IMG/VR virus record: IMGVR_UViG_3300044260_000039 | Location: 1 to 32,042 of that record | DNA: 32,042 nt | Origin: a virus | Taxonomy: Duplodnaviria; Caudoviricetes | Direction: 5' to 3' (one strand) | Shown here: positions 15,749 to 24,138 of the stretch, in pieces | How the letters are laid out: every line of letters begins with the position of its first letter | How positions within the stretch are numbered: the first letter of the stretch is position 1 | Notes under the pieces: model-generated | Databases searched by the model: none | Seen by the model: only the letters and a program-made list of their open reading frames with translations | Told to the model about the DNA's origin: nothing | Made by a program: the position numbers and the translations under genes

Positions 15749-16770
15749 CGGCCGCGAGGATCAAGGCGCTTGACCTGTTCGCGGGCACCGGCTGGGGCGT
15801 CGCGTGCCGGCGCCTCGGCATCAAGGAATCAGGCGTAGAAATCATGCCTGAAGCCGTGGCAACCCGCACGGCCAACGGCATGGAAACGATCTATCGCGAC
15901 GTGTGGGACGGTCTGCAGCTCACCGCCGAACAGCACCGCGAACAGTACGGCTCTTACGGGCTGCTGATCGCCTCCCCGCCGTGCCAGACATTCAGCCTGG
16001 CGGGCAAGGGCGCCGGCCGCGCCGCGCTCGATGAAGTCCTCGAGGCGATCGAATTGCACGCGTACAAAGACGCCGACGCGCTGCTGCAGTTCGGCGAAAA
16101 GCACGATCCGCGTACGGCGCTGGTGCTCACGCCGCTGGCTTACGTCTGGCGGGACCGGCCGCGGATCGTCGCGCTCGAGCAGGTGCCTACCGTCCTGCCG
16201 GTCTGGGAAGCGTGCGCCGAGGTCATGCGCGAATGGGGATACGAAGTCGAAACGGCCGTGCTCAACGCCGAACAGTACGGCGTGCCGCAGACACGCAAAC
16301 GGGCGATCCTGGTCGCACGCCGCGGCGGGCCCGTAGCACTCCCGACGCCGACACACTCCCGCTACTACTCCCGCACACCCGACAAGCTCGATCCCGGCGT
16401 AAAAAAATGGGTAAGCATGGCCGAAGCGCTCGGCTGGGGCGCTAAAGATCAGCCGTCGCACACGATCACCGGCGGCGTGCACGGCCCTACTGATCGATGG
16501 GCGTCCGGCGGGAATAGCGTCCGCAAAGCACTAGACGCGAAGATCGGCGGCCCGGCATGGATCGACAAGCCGGCATGGGCCGGCTCAACGGAACGGCTCG
16601 CCACCGAGGAAGCCGCGGCGCTGCAGTCCTCCCCGTCAGAACCGCCGTTCGTGTGGTGTGGGACGAAAACGAAGCAGTTTCTGCAGATCGGTAACGCGGT
16701 CCCGCCGTTGCTCGCCGAGCATATCCTCGCGGCCCTGGTCGGGATCCCGGTAAGCGGGGCGGCCCAATGA
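15745..16770 (+). CDS. DNA (cytosine-5)-methyltransferase, orphan
   Basis: Motifs DLFAGTG (I), SPPCQTFS (IV), LEQV (VI), PQTRKR (VIII), QIGNAV (X); GTG at 15745 overlaps the upstream stop. Confidence 0.92.
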   Translation: MTAARIKALDLFAGTGWGVACRRLGIKESGVEIMPEAVATRTANGMETIYRDVWDGLQLTAEQHREQYGSYGLLIASPPCQTFSLAGKGAGRAALDEVLEAIELHAYKDADALLQFGEKHDPRTALVLTPLAYVWRDRPRIVALEQVPTVLPVWEACAEVMREWGYEVETAVLNAEQYGVPQTRKRAILVARRGGPVALPTPTHSRYYSRTPDKLDPGVKKWVSMAEALGWGAKDQPSHTITGGVHGPTDRWASGGNSVRKALDAKIGGPAWIDKPAWAGSTERLATEEAAALQSSPSEPPFVWCGTKTKQFLQIGNAVPPLLAEHILAALVGIPVSGAAQ

Positions 16771-17177
16771 ACAGCGAACCGATCACCGAGCAGCAATGGC
16801 TCGGCAACGAACAGAGAACAGGAAAAGACCATATGACGGTTACGGAAATCCTGAACAGCCGCGGCAGCCTCGAAGCTGCCGCGGCCGTGACGGACGCGCT
16901 CGAGGGGGCGGTATTCGCCGAGGCGGACGCGCTCGCCGATATGAAACGGGCATTCCGGCCGTTCCGCTCGGCATTCTGGTCAACGGCCGAGAAAGAGTGG
17001 GAATACACGTACCCGCGCGCCGGGGTCCGGTTCCGCGCTGACGGCCGCGCGCAGCTCCGGATCTGGCTCGATCCCACGCTGCCGGATCCGGTGCAGGGCG
17101 GCGCGTGCGAAACGCTCGCCGAGGCGTGCAACCTCGGCGCGATGATCGTTCATTTTGCCCGGCAGGCCAGCGCGTGA
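16767..17177 (+). CDS. hypothetical protein
   Basis: ATGA overlap with the methyltransferase stop; alternative start near 16833. Confidence 0.6.
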   Translation: MNSEPITEQQWLGNEQRTGKDHMTVTEILNSRGSLEAAAAVTDALEGAVFAEADALADMKRAFRPFRSAFWSTAEKEWEYTYPRAGVRFRADGRAQLRIWLDPTLPDPVQGGACETLAEACNLGAMIVHFARQASA

Positions 17178-17392
17178 GCCGCCACGCAGCGGCCCGCCGG
17201 CCGCGCTCGGCCTGGCTCACGCTCTGGACACTCAAAACATGGGCGCACAAGGTACTCCGCGACACGTTCGCCGGCATCGCCCGCGATCTCGAATCACTGC
17301 TCGAAAGCGCATGGCGCGGCCCGGTGTTCCTCGCGACACTGCTCGCCGTCACGCTCGCCGTGCAGGCGCTCGCCGGCTGGGGCGCCCAGTGA
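17174..17392 (+). CDS. small membrane protein
   Basis: GTGA overlap; C-terminal TM helix VFLATLLAVTLAVQALA. Confidence 0.55.
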   Translation: MSRHAAARRPRSAWLTLWTLKTWAHKVLRDTFAGIARDLESLLESAWRGPVFLATLLAVTLAVQALAGWGAQ

Positions 17393-17571
17393 TGGGCCGG
17401 GATCCGTTCGGGGATATGGACGACGCCGAGGCGGCCCGGATCCTGCAGCAGCTCAGCAGCACGCCGGCCCGCACAGCGCAACTCGCGCACAAACCCGAAA
17501 AGCTCGCGATCTGCACACCTTGCGGCGGCGTGATAAACGAACAGACCGGCGAATGCCAGTGCTCAGACTGA
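17392..17571 (+). CDS. small Cys-rich protein
   Basis: TGATG overlap; CTPCGG...GECQCSD. Confidence 0.6.
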   Translation: MGRDPFGDMDDAEAARILQQLSSTPARTAQLAHKPEKLAICTPCGGVINEQTGECQCSD

Positions 17572-17589
17572 CTAGGAATTAGGGAAAAA

Positions 17590-17970
17590 ATGCCTCACAC
17601 AATCAACGCGGATGGATCCGCGACGTACTCGATCACCGTCGCCGGCCCGGTAGCGGTCACCGTCGACGACAACGGCAACACCTACCGGGCCGGCGGCGCT
17701 ACCTACGTCGGCTCACCGGACGCGCCGAGCGGCACGGACTGGCTGCAACAGCTCGCCGGGCATATCGCGATCTGTGACGAACGCGACGCACGCGCCGAGG
17801 CCACAAAGAACGCGGCCCGCGACGCGCTCGCCGCGGCACTCTACGCCGCCGACGTCGCCGCAGTGCCAGGCGCGGCGCCGTGGCCGGTACTCGCCGACAC
17901 AGACCGCGGCCCGTACCGGGTCAAGGCGGACAGCCTCGGATCCCTCGGCGTCTCGGCGGTGATCGCATGA
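17590..17970 (+). CDS. hypothetical protein
   Basis: AGGGA RBS; ATGA overlap with next gene. Confidence 0.7.
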   Translation: MPHTINADGSATYSITVAGPVAVTVDDNGNTYRAGGATYVGSPDAPSGTDWLQQLAGHIAICDERDARAEATKNAARDALAAALYAADVAAVPGAAPWPVLADTDRGPYRVKADSLGSLGVSAVIA

Positions 17971-18332
17971 CGAAAATCTCTAGCTCGCTGCCCAAAGAGT
18001 ATGAGGACGACGGCCTCGGCTCGATCAACAAAGAACTGATCGCGCACCCGCACGAGACGCACGTAGTGATCGCGATCATTGACTGCAAATCGATCACGCA
18101 CGACGTCGATAAGGGCTACGAGATCGCGACGGCCCGGATCCTGCAGATCGAACCGATGAAAGATCCGGCCGCCGACGAACGGGCCCGCGATCTGCTGCTC
18201 GCCGCCCAGGAACGCCGCACCGGCCGGCAGGCGCTCCCGCTGCCGCTGGTCGACGGCGAGAGCGGCGAAATCCTCCGCAACGGCTCCGGGTTTATGGGCA
18301 GCGTGACCGTGATCGGCGCCGGCAGCCAGTGA
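17967..18332 (+). CDS. hypothetical protein
   Basis: ATG at 17967; globular-looking sequence with ERRTGRQALPL. Confidence 0.75.
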   Translation: MTKISSSLPKEYEDDGLGSINKELIAHPHETHVVIAIIDCKSITHDVDKGYEIATARILQIEPMKDPAADERARDLLLAAQERRTGRQALPLPLVDGESGEILRNGSGFMGSVTVIGAGSQ

Positions 18333-18455
18333 CGCCGGATCCCGCAGCGGATCCAGAGGGCCGGGCCTTGGTGGCAGCGATCCACAAACGCAAACAGTCC
18401 GCACTCGCGGCAGCACAGACAGACAGCACGACAACGGAAGGAGCGAACGGACACT

Positions 18456-19676
18456 ATGCCGTGGCTCAGGATTGGCGATACCGCAGCGAATCACCCGATC
18501 GCGCTCGCGGTACTCGAGGATCCGGCCGCCGATGATCGGCTGCTCAATGAGGTTTTCGGGTTCGTCGCGCGGTGCGCTCTGCAATCCACAGCGCACCTAA
18601 CCGACTACCTGGTGAGCATGGGAACAGCGATTCAGATCGGCGGGCACTCGCGGGTCTGGACACTGCTCGACGCAGCAGTTGACGCCGGCTACTTTTCGCC
18701 GGCCGAGATGATCGTCGACGGGATCGCACGCAAGGCTTACAAGCTGCTCGACGATCCCGATTTCATCCACATGAGGACCAAGGAAGAAATCGAGTGGGAA
18801 CGGCAACGGAAAACCGATAACTCTAATCCGGCGCTGATCGTGCCGGTTAGGCTCCGCGACGGCGACGCGTGCCGTTATTGCGGTCTGGTCGTCGATTTCC
18901 GGCCGGGGCAGCGTAAGGGCCGTATCGCCGGAACTTACGATCACCGGCAGCCAGGGCATGAGGCAACGATCGAGACGTACGTCGTTTGCTGCAGGGCGTG
19001 CAACGCGTCCCGCGGCGACGACACAAACGCCGACGCCTCGCTGCCGCTGCTGCCGGCGCCGTCGCGGCCGTACTACAGCCCGCACACGATCGAATGGATC
19101 CGAACTAATGATTGGGCCAAGCGAAACGGCATCAAGCCGCCTCGCAAGGGCAAAGCGATCGCGCCGGGCGAACCGGCGCGTAAGAGTGGAGCAACGCCGG
19201 CCAACGGAAGCAGTACCGGGCCGGCGCCGGGGATCAACGGAAGCAGTGACCGGATCCCAACGGGCGAACCTCTGGCAAGTGGAGCAACGCCGGCCAACGG
19301 AAGCAGTACCGGGCCGGCGTCGGGGATCAACGGAAGCAGTGACCGGATCCCAACGGGCGAAACAAACCGCGCAGAAAATCACGAAAACGGGCCGGAAAAT
19401 CAAAACCACCTCGAAAAACACGTAAAAACGAACACAGAAAAAACGCCGTCCGAACCGGAAAAACCGCCTCTGAACAGGCAAAACACCGGATCTGGCAGAA
19501 ATCCGCAGATTCCGCAGAACGGCAGACTGCAAAATCTGGATTCGCCGGGTCGGGTCGGGTCGGGTCGGGTCGGGTCGGTACTGGCAGGGCCCGCGATCTC
19601 CACAGCCACCCACACACAACACACAACAGATCAGCCCGGCCGCTCACGGCCACGCACACGCAGGGGAAACCAATGA
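18456..19676 (+). CDS. putative replication initiator with central HNH-like zinc-finger domain
   Basis: N-terminal MPWLRIGD..HP as in actinophage initiator-like proteins; RDGDACRYCG..YDH..CRACNASR; internal iteron-like repeats; GAAGGAG RBS. Confidence 0.65.
   Translation: MPWLRIGDTAANHPIALAVLEDPAADDRLLNEVFGFVARCALQSTAHLTDYLVSMGTAIQIGGHSRVWTLLDAAVDAGYFSPAEMIVDGIARKAYKLLDDPDFIHMRTKEEIEWERQRKTDNSNPALIVPVRLRDGDACRYCGLVVDFRPGQRKGRIAGTYDHRQPGHEATIETYVVCCRACNASRGDDTNADASLPLLPAPSRPYYSPHTIEWIRTNDWAKRNGIKPPRKGKAIAPGEPARKSGATPANGSSTGPAPGINGSSDRIPTGEPLASGATPANGSSTGPASGINGSSDRIPTGETNRAENHENGPENQNHLEKHVKTNTEKTPSEPEKPPLNRQNTGSGRNPQIPQNGRLQNLDSPGRVGSGRVGSVLAGPAISTATHTQHTTDQPGRSRPRTRRGNQ
19185..19361 (+). 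repeat. two 84-bp direct repeats (93-bp period) containing 4x CAACGGAAGCAGT; candidate lytic origin iterons
   Basis: 13-mers at 19202, 19235, 19295 and 19328, followed by an A-tract-rich segment. Confidence 0.8.
19546..19575 (+). repeat. (CGGGT)6 microsatellite
   Basis: Read directly from the sequence. Confidence 0.95.
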
Positions 19677-19921
19677 ACACACCACAGCCTCAAACCACCT
19701 ACCGGGCACAATACGAAATCACCGATCAGGAACAGCCGATCTCGGCGCTCGCCGGTGAAGCTCGGCAGCGGATCACTGAGGATATTCTGCAGCTCGGTAT
19801 GGTCGCGGGCCCGATCGGCGAGCCGGTCCTGATCGACGTCGACGGTTCACCCTGGCTGCAGATTGAGGCTCCCGTTCGCAGTGCCGGGCAGCTGCTCGAA
19901 TCGGTCGGGATCCAGGCATGA
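19673..19921 (+). CDS. hypothetical protein
   Basis: ATGA overlaps at both ends. Confidence 0.7.
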   Translation: MNTPQPQTTYRAQYEITDQEQPISALAGEARQRITEDILQLGMVAGPIGEPVLIDVDGSPWLQIEAPVRSAGQLLESVGIQA

Positions 19922-20139
19922 CGCCGCGATGGTTCCGGCGCCGTCGCCGGCCCTGCCTGACTCCATCGCCCGGCCGCACGCGTTACGCGCCGTCGCCGGC
20001 CCTGGTCGATGCAGTCGCCGCAGCGATCGCCCAAACTGCCGGCATGAACTGGCATACGCCGCTCATGCTGCCGGCGTACCGGGCCGAGTTCCGCCGGCAG
20101 GCTGCCGCGGCGATCGACGCGTTCCGGGCATCATCATGA
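19918..20139 (+). CDS. hypothetical protein
   Basis: ATGA overlaps at both ends. Confidence 0.6.
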   Translation: MTPRWFRRRRRPCLTPSPGRTRYAPSPALVDAVAAAIAQTAGMNWHTPLMLPAYRAEFRRQAAAAIDAFRASS

Positions 20140-20480
20140 TCACGGCCGAACAGGCACGGCTCGCGGTCCTCAACTCATGGACGGAGAAGCAGCTGCAGGA
20201 TCACACGATCGGCGTAGCTCAGGCGCTCGGCTGGCTCGCCTACCACACGCACGATTCGCGCCGCTCCGAACCTGGCTATCCGGATCTGCATCTCGTGCAT
20301 CCCGTCCGCGGGCTCTCGCTGTTCCGCGAGCTGAAAACGCGCACCGGCCGGATCTCACCGGATCAGAAAAAGTGGGGCGCCGCGCTGCTCGCCGCCGGCC
20401 AGGATTTCGCGATCTGGCGGCCGGCGGATCTCTGGTCGGGCCTGATCCTCGAGCAGCTGCAGGGGGGCAAGAATGCTTGA
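20136..20480 (+). CDS. VRR-Nuc domain nuclease
   Basis: TEKQLQ..GW.AYHTHDSRRSEPGYPDL..FRELK..GRISPDQ..W..WRP. Confidence 0.85.
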   Translation: MITAEQARLAVLNSWTEKQLQDHTIGVAQALGWLAYHTHDSRRSEPGYPDLHLVHPVRGLSLFRELKTRTGRISPDQKKWGAALLAAGQDFAIWRPADLWSGLILEQLQGGKNA

Positions 20481-21327
20481 AATCCTCGAGCCGCAAACGC
20501 CGGCCGAGCAGCTGGCGGCCGCGCGTGCTGCCGAACGGCTCGCCGATCGCCGCGCCGCGGCAGTCCTGGCGGCCGAACGCCGGTACGTGCTGCCGGGCAC
20601 GATTTGGGGCCCGCGGCCGCTGCCGTACACGATCGCGAAAAAGTGGACGGCGTACGGCGTCGACGGCTGCCTCGGATCCCACGCCGGCCCGCTGGTGCCG
20701 GCGGCCGATCGGCACTCGTGGCTCTGCTGGGACTGCACAGAGCGGATCCGCCGGGATCTGCTCACGCTCGCCGGCTGCTGGGGATTCCTCGCGGATCTGC
20801 TGCAGCGCGGGCCCGGCCGGCAGTCCGAGGGCGGCGGCAGTTCCGACGTCGACGCCGCGGCGCCGCTCGATCTGGAAATCGCCGAGATCCGGCGCACCGT
20901 CGCGGCCTGGTGCTGGTCGCTGATTGAACACATGCTCGAGGATCGGCCGGCTATGTCGCCGCCGGAAGATACCGAAACGCCGGCGCTGCTCCGGTGGGCG
21001 GCCGCGTGGCATGTTCCCTACATCGCGACGCACCCGGATAGCTCATTTCCCGCGGCGATGATCGCCGAGATCGCCGATATGGTCGCGCGGGTCCGGGCTC
21101 GGCTGTTCCCTGACGGGATCCGCCGGCAAAAGCTGCCGGCCCGCTGCTCGCGGCCGATCGATCCCGTCGACGATCCGGGGCCGTGCGGCGGGCAGCTGTG
21201 GGCGCTGCTCCGCGACGGCACAGATCCGCGCGGATCCTCGATCACGTGCCAGGCAGACCCATCACACGAGATCCCACAGGCCGAATGGCTCGGGCTGCTC
21301 AAAACAAAGCAAAGGGGCAAGGCATGA
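20473..21327 (+). CDS. Cys-motif protein, possibly a late-transcription regulator
   Basis: LCWDC and C..CGG.L..ITC motifs; resembles the large conserved gene near the end of actinophage early regions. Confidence 0.55.
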   Translation: MLEILEPQTPAEQLAAARAAERLADRRAAAVLAAERRYVLPGTIWGPRPLPYTIAKKWTAYGVDGCLGSHAGPLVPAADRHSWLCWDCTERIRRDLLTLAGCWGFLADLLQRGPGRQSEGGGSSDVDAAAPLDLEIAEIRRTVAAWCWSLIEHMLEDRPAMSPPEDTETPALLRWAAAWHVPYIATHPDSSFPAAMIAEIADMVARVRARLFPDGIRRQKLPARCSRPIDPVDDPGPCGGQLWALLRDGTDPRGSSITCQADPSHEIPQAEWLGLLKTKQRGKA

Positions 21328-21641
21328 ACAACGACACAATGAAGCCGGCCGAGGCGTATCGGATCGTCGACGGGCTGATCGCCTCGGGTAAGGCGCCGGC
21401 CGCTATGACGGAAACAGAGCGCGAGGCAGTCCGGATCGTGTGGCAGCAGCTCGAGCAGCAATTCGCGCCGATCCGGGCCCAGCTCGCCGCGTTCACCGAG
21501 GCGCTGCAGGGCCCGGCCGAGGCAATGGCAGCATACGGCCGAGCAGTCTCCGAATCGCTCGCGCGCATGAATGACGCGCTGCCGGTGATCAGGCTGCAGC
21601 AGCCGGCGTTCATGCGGCCGGCCTGGCAGCGGCGCGCATGA
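21324..21641 (+). CDS. hypothetical protein
   Basis: ATGA overlap; helical. Confidence 0.65.
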   Translation: MNNDTMKPAEAYRIVDGLIASGKAPAAMTETEREAVRIVWQQLEQQFAPIRAQLAAFTEALQGPAEAMAAYGRAVSESLARMNDALPVIRLQQPAFMRPAWQRRA

Positions 21642-21787
21642 ACGGGGAGACAACGCCGGCAGAAGATCGCCCGGTCGAATGGTCGGTTTGGCCGCCTCCG
21701 CTGGCACCGCGGGCTATCCGCCGGCACTGCTCGCATATGGTCAAGGCCGGCTATTGCGCACTATGCGGCACGAAGGTTACAAAGTGA
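21638..21787 (+). CDS. 49-aa Cys/His protein (not in the ORF track)
   Basis: MNGETTPAEDRPVEWSVWPPPLAPRAIRRHCSHMVKAGYCALCGTKVTK; fills the gap exactly, with ATGA and GTGA overlaps. Confidence 0.6.
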   Translation: MNGETTPAEDRPVEWSVWPPPLAPRAIRRHCSHMVKAGYCALCGTKVTK

Positions 21788-22116
21788 ACCGCGGGATCCT
21801 GCCGGCCGCCGGCCTCGGCCTGGCGCTGCTGCTGACAGGTTGCGGGCAGCAGTGCAGCGCAGCCGGCCCGGCCGCGATCGATCGGGCAAGCGCGGTCTAT
21901 GCCGTGCCGGGGATCTCGGCGCCTCGGCCGCCGGCACCACGGCCCGCGCCGGCCTACCGGGCGCCGGCACCGCGGCCGGCGCCGGCCTACCGGGCACCCG
22001 CAGCGCCGGCGCCGATCATCATCAATCACTCGAGCGCGGATCTATCGCCGCTGCTGTGGTGGTCGATGCTCTCAAACAATGGCGCCGGCTCGGCCGAGTG
22101 CCGAAAGGACGGCTAG
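21784..22116 (+). CDS. putative lipoprotein, Pro-rich
   Basis: Signal peptide with lipobox LLLTG-C; RPAPAYRAPA repeated twice. Confidence 0.65.
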   Translation: MNRGILPAAGLGLALLLTGCGQQCSAAGPAAIDRASAVYAVPGISAPRPPAPRPAPAYRAPAPRPAPAYRAPAAPAPIIINHSSADLSPLLWWSMLSNNGAGSAECRKDG

Positions 22117-22118
22117 GC

Positions 22119-22256
22119 ATGGACGCTGACAACATGCATGTTTACGCGCACGAGTTCGATCCGATCGGCGGGTTCGTATGTGCCGAGTGCGGCACGCCTA
22201 CCGAATCCGAACCGTGCAAGACACATCAACCGGCCGCGTATGCGGCGATGAACTAA
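22119..22256 (+). CDS. small zinc-binding-like protein
   Basis: AAGGA RBS; CAECG..EPC..HQP. Confidence 0.55.
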   Translation: MDADNMHVYAHEFDPIGGFVCAECGTPTESEPCKTHQPAAYAAMN

Positions 22257-22266
22257 GGGGCAGACA

Positions 22267-22725
22267 ATGGGCGATATCGCGGATTTCCTCGCGGCCAGGA
22301 TCTATGACGACGAACAGCTCGCGCGCGAGATCCCCGCGCCGCAGCAGTGGCAGGCGCGGCAGTGGGGCATCGATCCCGCACCGGACGGCGGCGCGTACAT
22401 CGTCGACGCCGGCGACGGGCCGGCCTCGGATGATCTCGGCGAGTTTCGGGATCTACGGCACGCGTTGCACGCTGCACAATGGGATCCGGCCCGCGTGCTG
22501 CTCGAGTGCGAAGCGAAACGCGGGATCCTGCTCGACTACATGACGCGCCGCCGGCGCTACAACGCAGACACGCGCGACGGGACGACGCGCGGCACGCAGC
22601 TTATGCCGCGGCCGTCCGATCTGCCGTTGCGGTATCTCGCGCTGCCGTACCGGGATCACGCGGAATACTCCGAGGCGTGGGCGCCGCCGGCGGCCGGCAC
22701 GGTAGAGACTTGGGGCCGGCGATGA
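22267..22725 (+). CDS. DUF6221-like protein
   Basis: DFLAARI.DDE, DPARVLLECEAKR, LRYLALPYRDH..Y.EAW. Confidence 0.8.
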   Translation: MGDIADFLAARIYDDEQLAREIPAPQQWQARQWGIDPAPDGGAYIVDAGDGPASDDLGEFRDLRHALHAAQWDPARVLLECEAKRGILLDYMTRRRRYNADTRDGTTRGTQLMPRPSDLPLRYLALPYRDHAEYSEAWAPPAAGTVETWGRR

Positions 22726-22937
22726 TCGGCGAGATCCCGGTACGCCCGGTACTGGCACGCCTCGAGCCTGGCGATCAGATCGCGGCGATCGTGAAGGATC
22801 ACGACGGCAAGGTGATCGGCTATATCGCACGCTCCGACGTCGACGCGATACCGAGCGCGGCCAAGGTCCGCGAGTACCTGGTGAAGTTCGAGCAGCTGCA
22901 GCAGCGCATCGCCGAGACTGCCGAGGCGCCGGCGTGA
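22722..22937 (+). CDS. hypothetical protein
   Basis: ATGA and GTGA overlaps. Confidence 0.6.
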   Translation: MIGEIPVRPVLARLEPGDQIAAIVKDHDGKVIGYIARSDVDAIPSAAKVREYLVKFEQLQQRIAETAEAPA

Positions 22938-23158
22938 CGGCCGTTGTGCTGGTGGGCGGCCCGGCGGACGGCCGCACGTACGAAATGCGCGAGCCGCTGC
23001 TGCCGTTGCTCCGGATCCCGATAGAACCGCCGGCGCGGGCCGTATGGTGCAACGACGCCGAGCTGCCGGCCGCGATCGACTACGAGATCGCGACGTACCG
23101 GCTCGCTAAAGCTCCGGACTATCCGCATACCGGACGGCTGCAGTATGTCCACGGCTGA
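22934..23158 (+). CDS. hypothetical protein
   Basis: LVGGPADG motif common in small phage proteins. Confidence 0.65.
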   Translation: MTAVVLVGGPADGRTYEMREPLLPLLRIPIEPPARAVWCNDAELPAAIDYEIATYRLAKAPDYPHTGRLQYVHG

Positions 23159-23354
23159 TCAGTGGCTCGACGTCGCGGCGATCGCCAAGCTCACCGGCTG
23201 GTCGCGCGCGTACGTGAGTAAGCGCGCGAGTATCGACGCATGGGATCGGGCAGGTACTAAGCCGCAGAAATACAGCGCGCGAGACGTTACGCGCTCGGCG
23301 ACTACATCCCGCGACACGCGGGTTAGAACGCACCTATTGGATAAATATCGTTGA
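23145..23354 (+). CDS. small HTH DNA-binding protein
   Basis: WLDVAAIAKLTGWSRAYVSKRAS...Y..RDV; last early gene. Confidence 0.65.
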   Translation: MSTADQWLDVAAIAKLTGWSRAYVSKRASIDAWDRAGTKPQKYSARDVTRSATTSRDTRVRTHLLDKYR

Positions 23355-23456
23355 CATAGGTACAGTTACCAACTGACGGTCAAGAACTGTCGAAAGTGCA
23401 GGGGTGCACAGGGGCGCAAGCGGCGCCGGATCGTCCACAGGATCCGGCGCCGTTGC
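23351..23456 (+). promoter_or_regulatory. putative late promoter region with dyad and downstream hairpin
   Basis: TTGACA at 23351; dyad TTGAC..CAGTT-ACC-AACTG..GTCAA; stem 23416-23456. Confidence 0.45.
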
Positions 23457-23482
23457 TATGTCCGGGGATAGGCGGTGATCGT

Positions 23483-23785
23483 GTGGCTGCTCTCAGTGAT
23501 TGGGATCCGCGGCGCGGCCGCTCCGGTCGGGCATGGGAACGGATCAAGGCCGAGCTGTTCGTTCCCGGTGTCTGCTGCTGGATCTGCCGAGAGCCGATCG
23601 AGTTCGGGCTACGCCGGAACCACCCGCGCGGGCCGTCCGTCGATCACCGGATCAGCTTGGATATGGGCGGGCACCCAACGGCCCGCGAGAACCTGGCACC
23701 CGCACATTTCGGATGCAACGCGTCGAAAGGGTCGGGCCGGTCACGCAAGCAGGCGGCGGCCCGGCCGGCGTCGCGTCGATGGTGA
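23483..23785 (+). CDS. HNH endonuclease (terminase-associated)
   Basis: CWICREPI..SVDH..GGHP..ENLAPAHFGCNASKG; upstream of terminase genes. Confidence 0.9.
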   Translation: MAALSDWDPRRGRSGRAWERIKAELFVPGVCCWICREPIEFGLRRNHPRGPSVDHRISLDMGGHPTARENLAPAHFGCNASKGSGRSRKQAAARPASRRW

Positions 23786-23789
23786 CGGC

Positions 23790-23870
23790 GTGGGGCGCGT
23801 CCACATTTTTTTGAGATCGCCCAGGCGGTAGACCCCCCCCTCAAGACCGTTTTCTCTCTCTCCATAAATA
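23790..23870. other. probable cos (cohesive end) region
   Basis: Between HNH and terS; GGGG...T7...C8...TCTCTCTCTCC pattern typical around 3'-cos sites; exact cut site not determinable. Confidence 0.5.
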
Positions 23871-23932
23871 CGTGGAGTGGTGCTCTACAGCCGCGGAATC
23901 TAGCGGATTTTCGATCGATTGGAGATCTCAAA

Positions 23933-24118
23933 ATGGCTTACCCAACAACGTTTTATGAGGCGTTCAATCAGGAAGTCGACGCGCTCACTATTCCGGCCGA
24001 TCTGCCGGCGGTCGCGGTCGTCGGGATTATGACGCGCGCCGCCAAGCGGGCGCAACTGATCATCGATCGAGAGTTGGCACCGATCGGGCAACGCGGGAAC
24101 GTGACGGCGCGCAACTAG
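23933..24118 (+). CDS. hypothetical protein
   Basis: GGAG RBS; 61 aa. Confidence 0.55.
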   Translation: MAYPTTFYEAFNQEVDALTIPADLPAVAVVGIMTRAAKRAQLIIDRELAPIGQRGNVTARN

Positions 24119-24138
24119 CAGGATTGGAGGTCGCAAAA

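Noticed and set aside
18329-18535. 68-aa ORF upstream of the initiator-like gene
   Set aside because: Has a GTGA overlap upstream but overlaps the next gene by 80 nt and covers its RBS; too uncertain to list as a feature
19185-19361. Duplicated segment as a diversity-generating retroelement TR/VR pair
   Set aside because: Copies are adjacent, differ at a C/T rather than at adenines, and no reverse transcriptase is encoded
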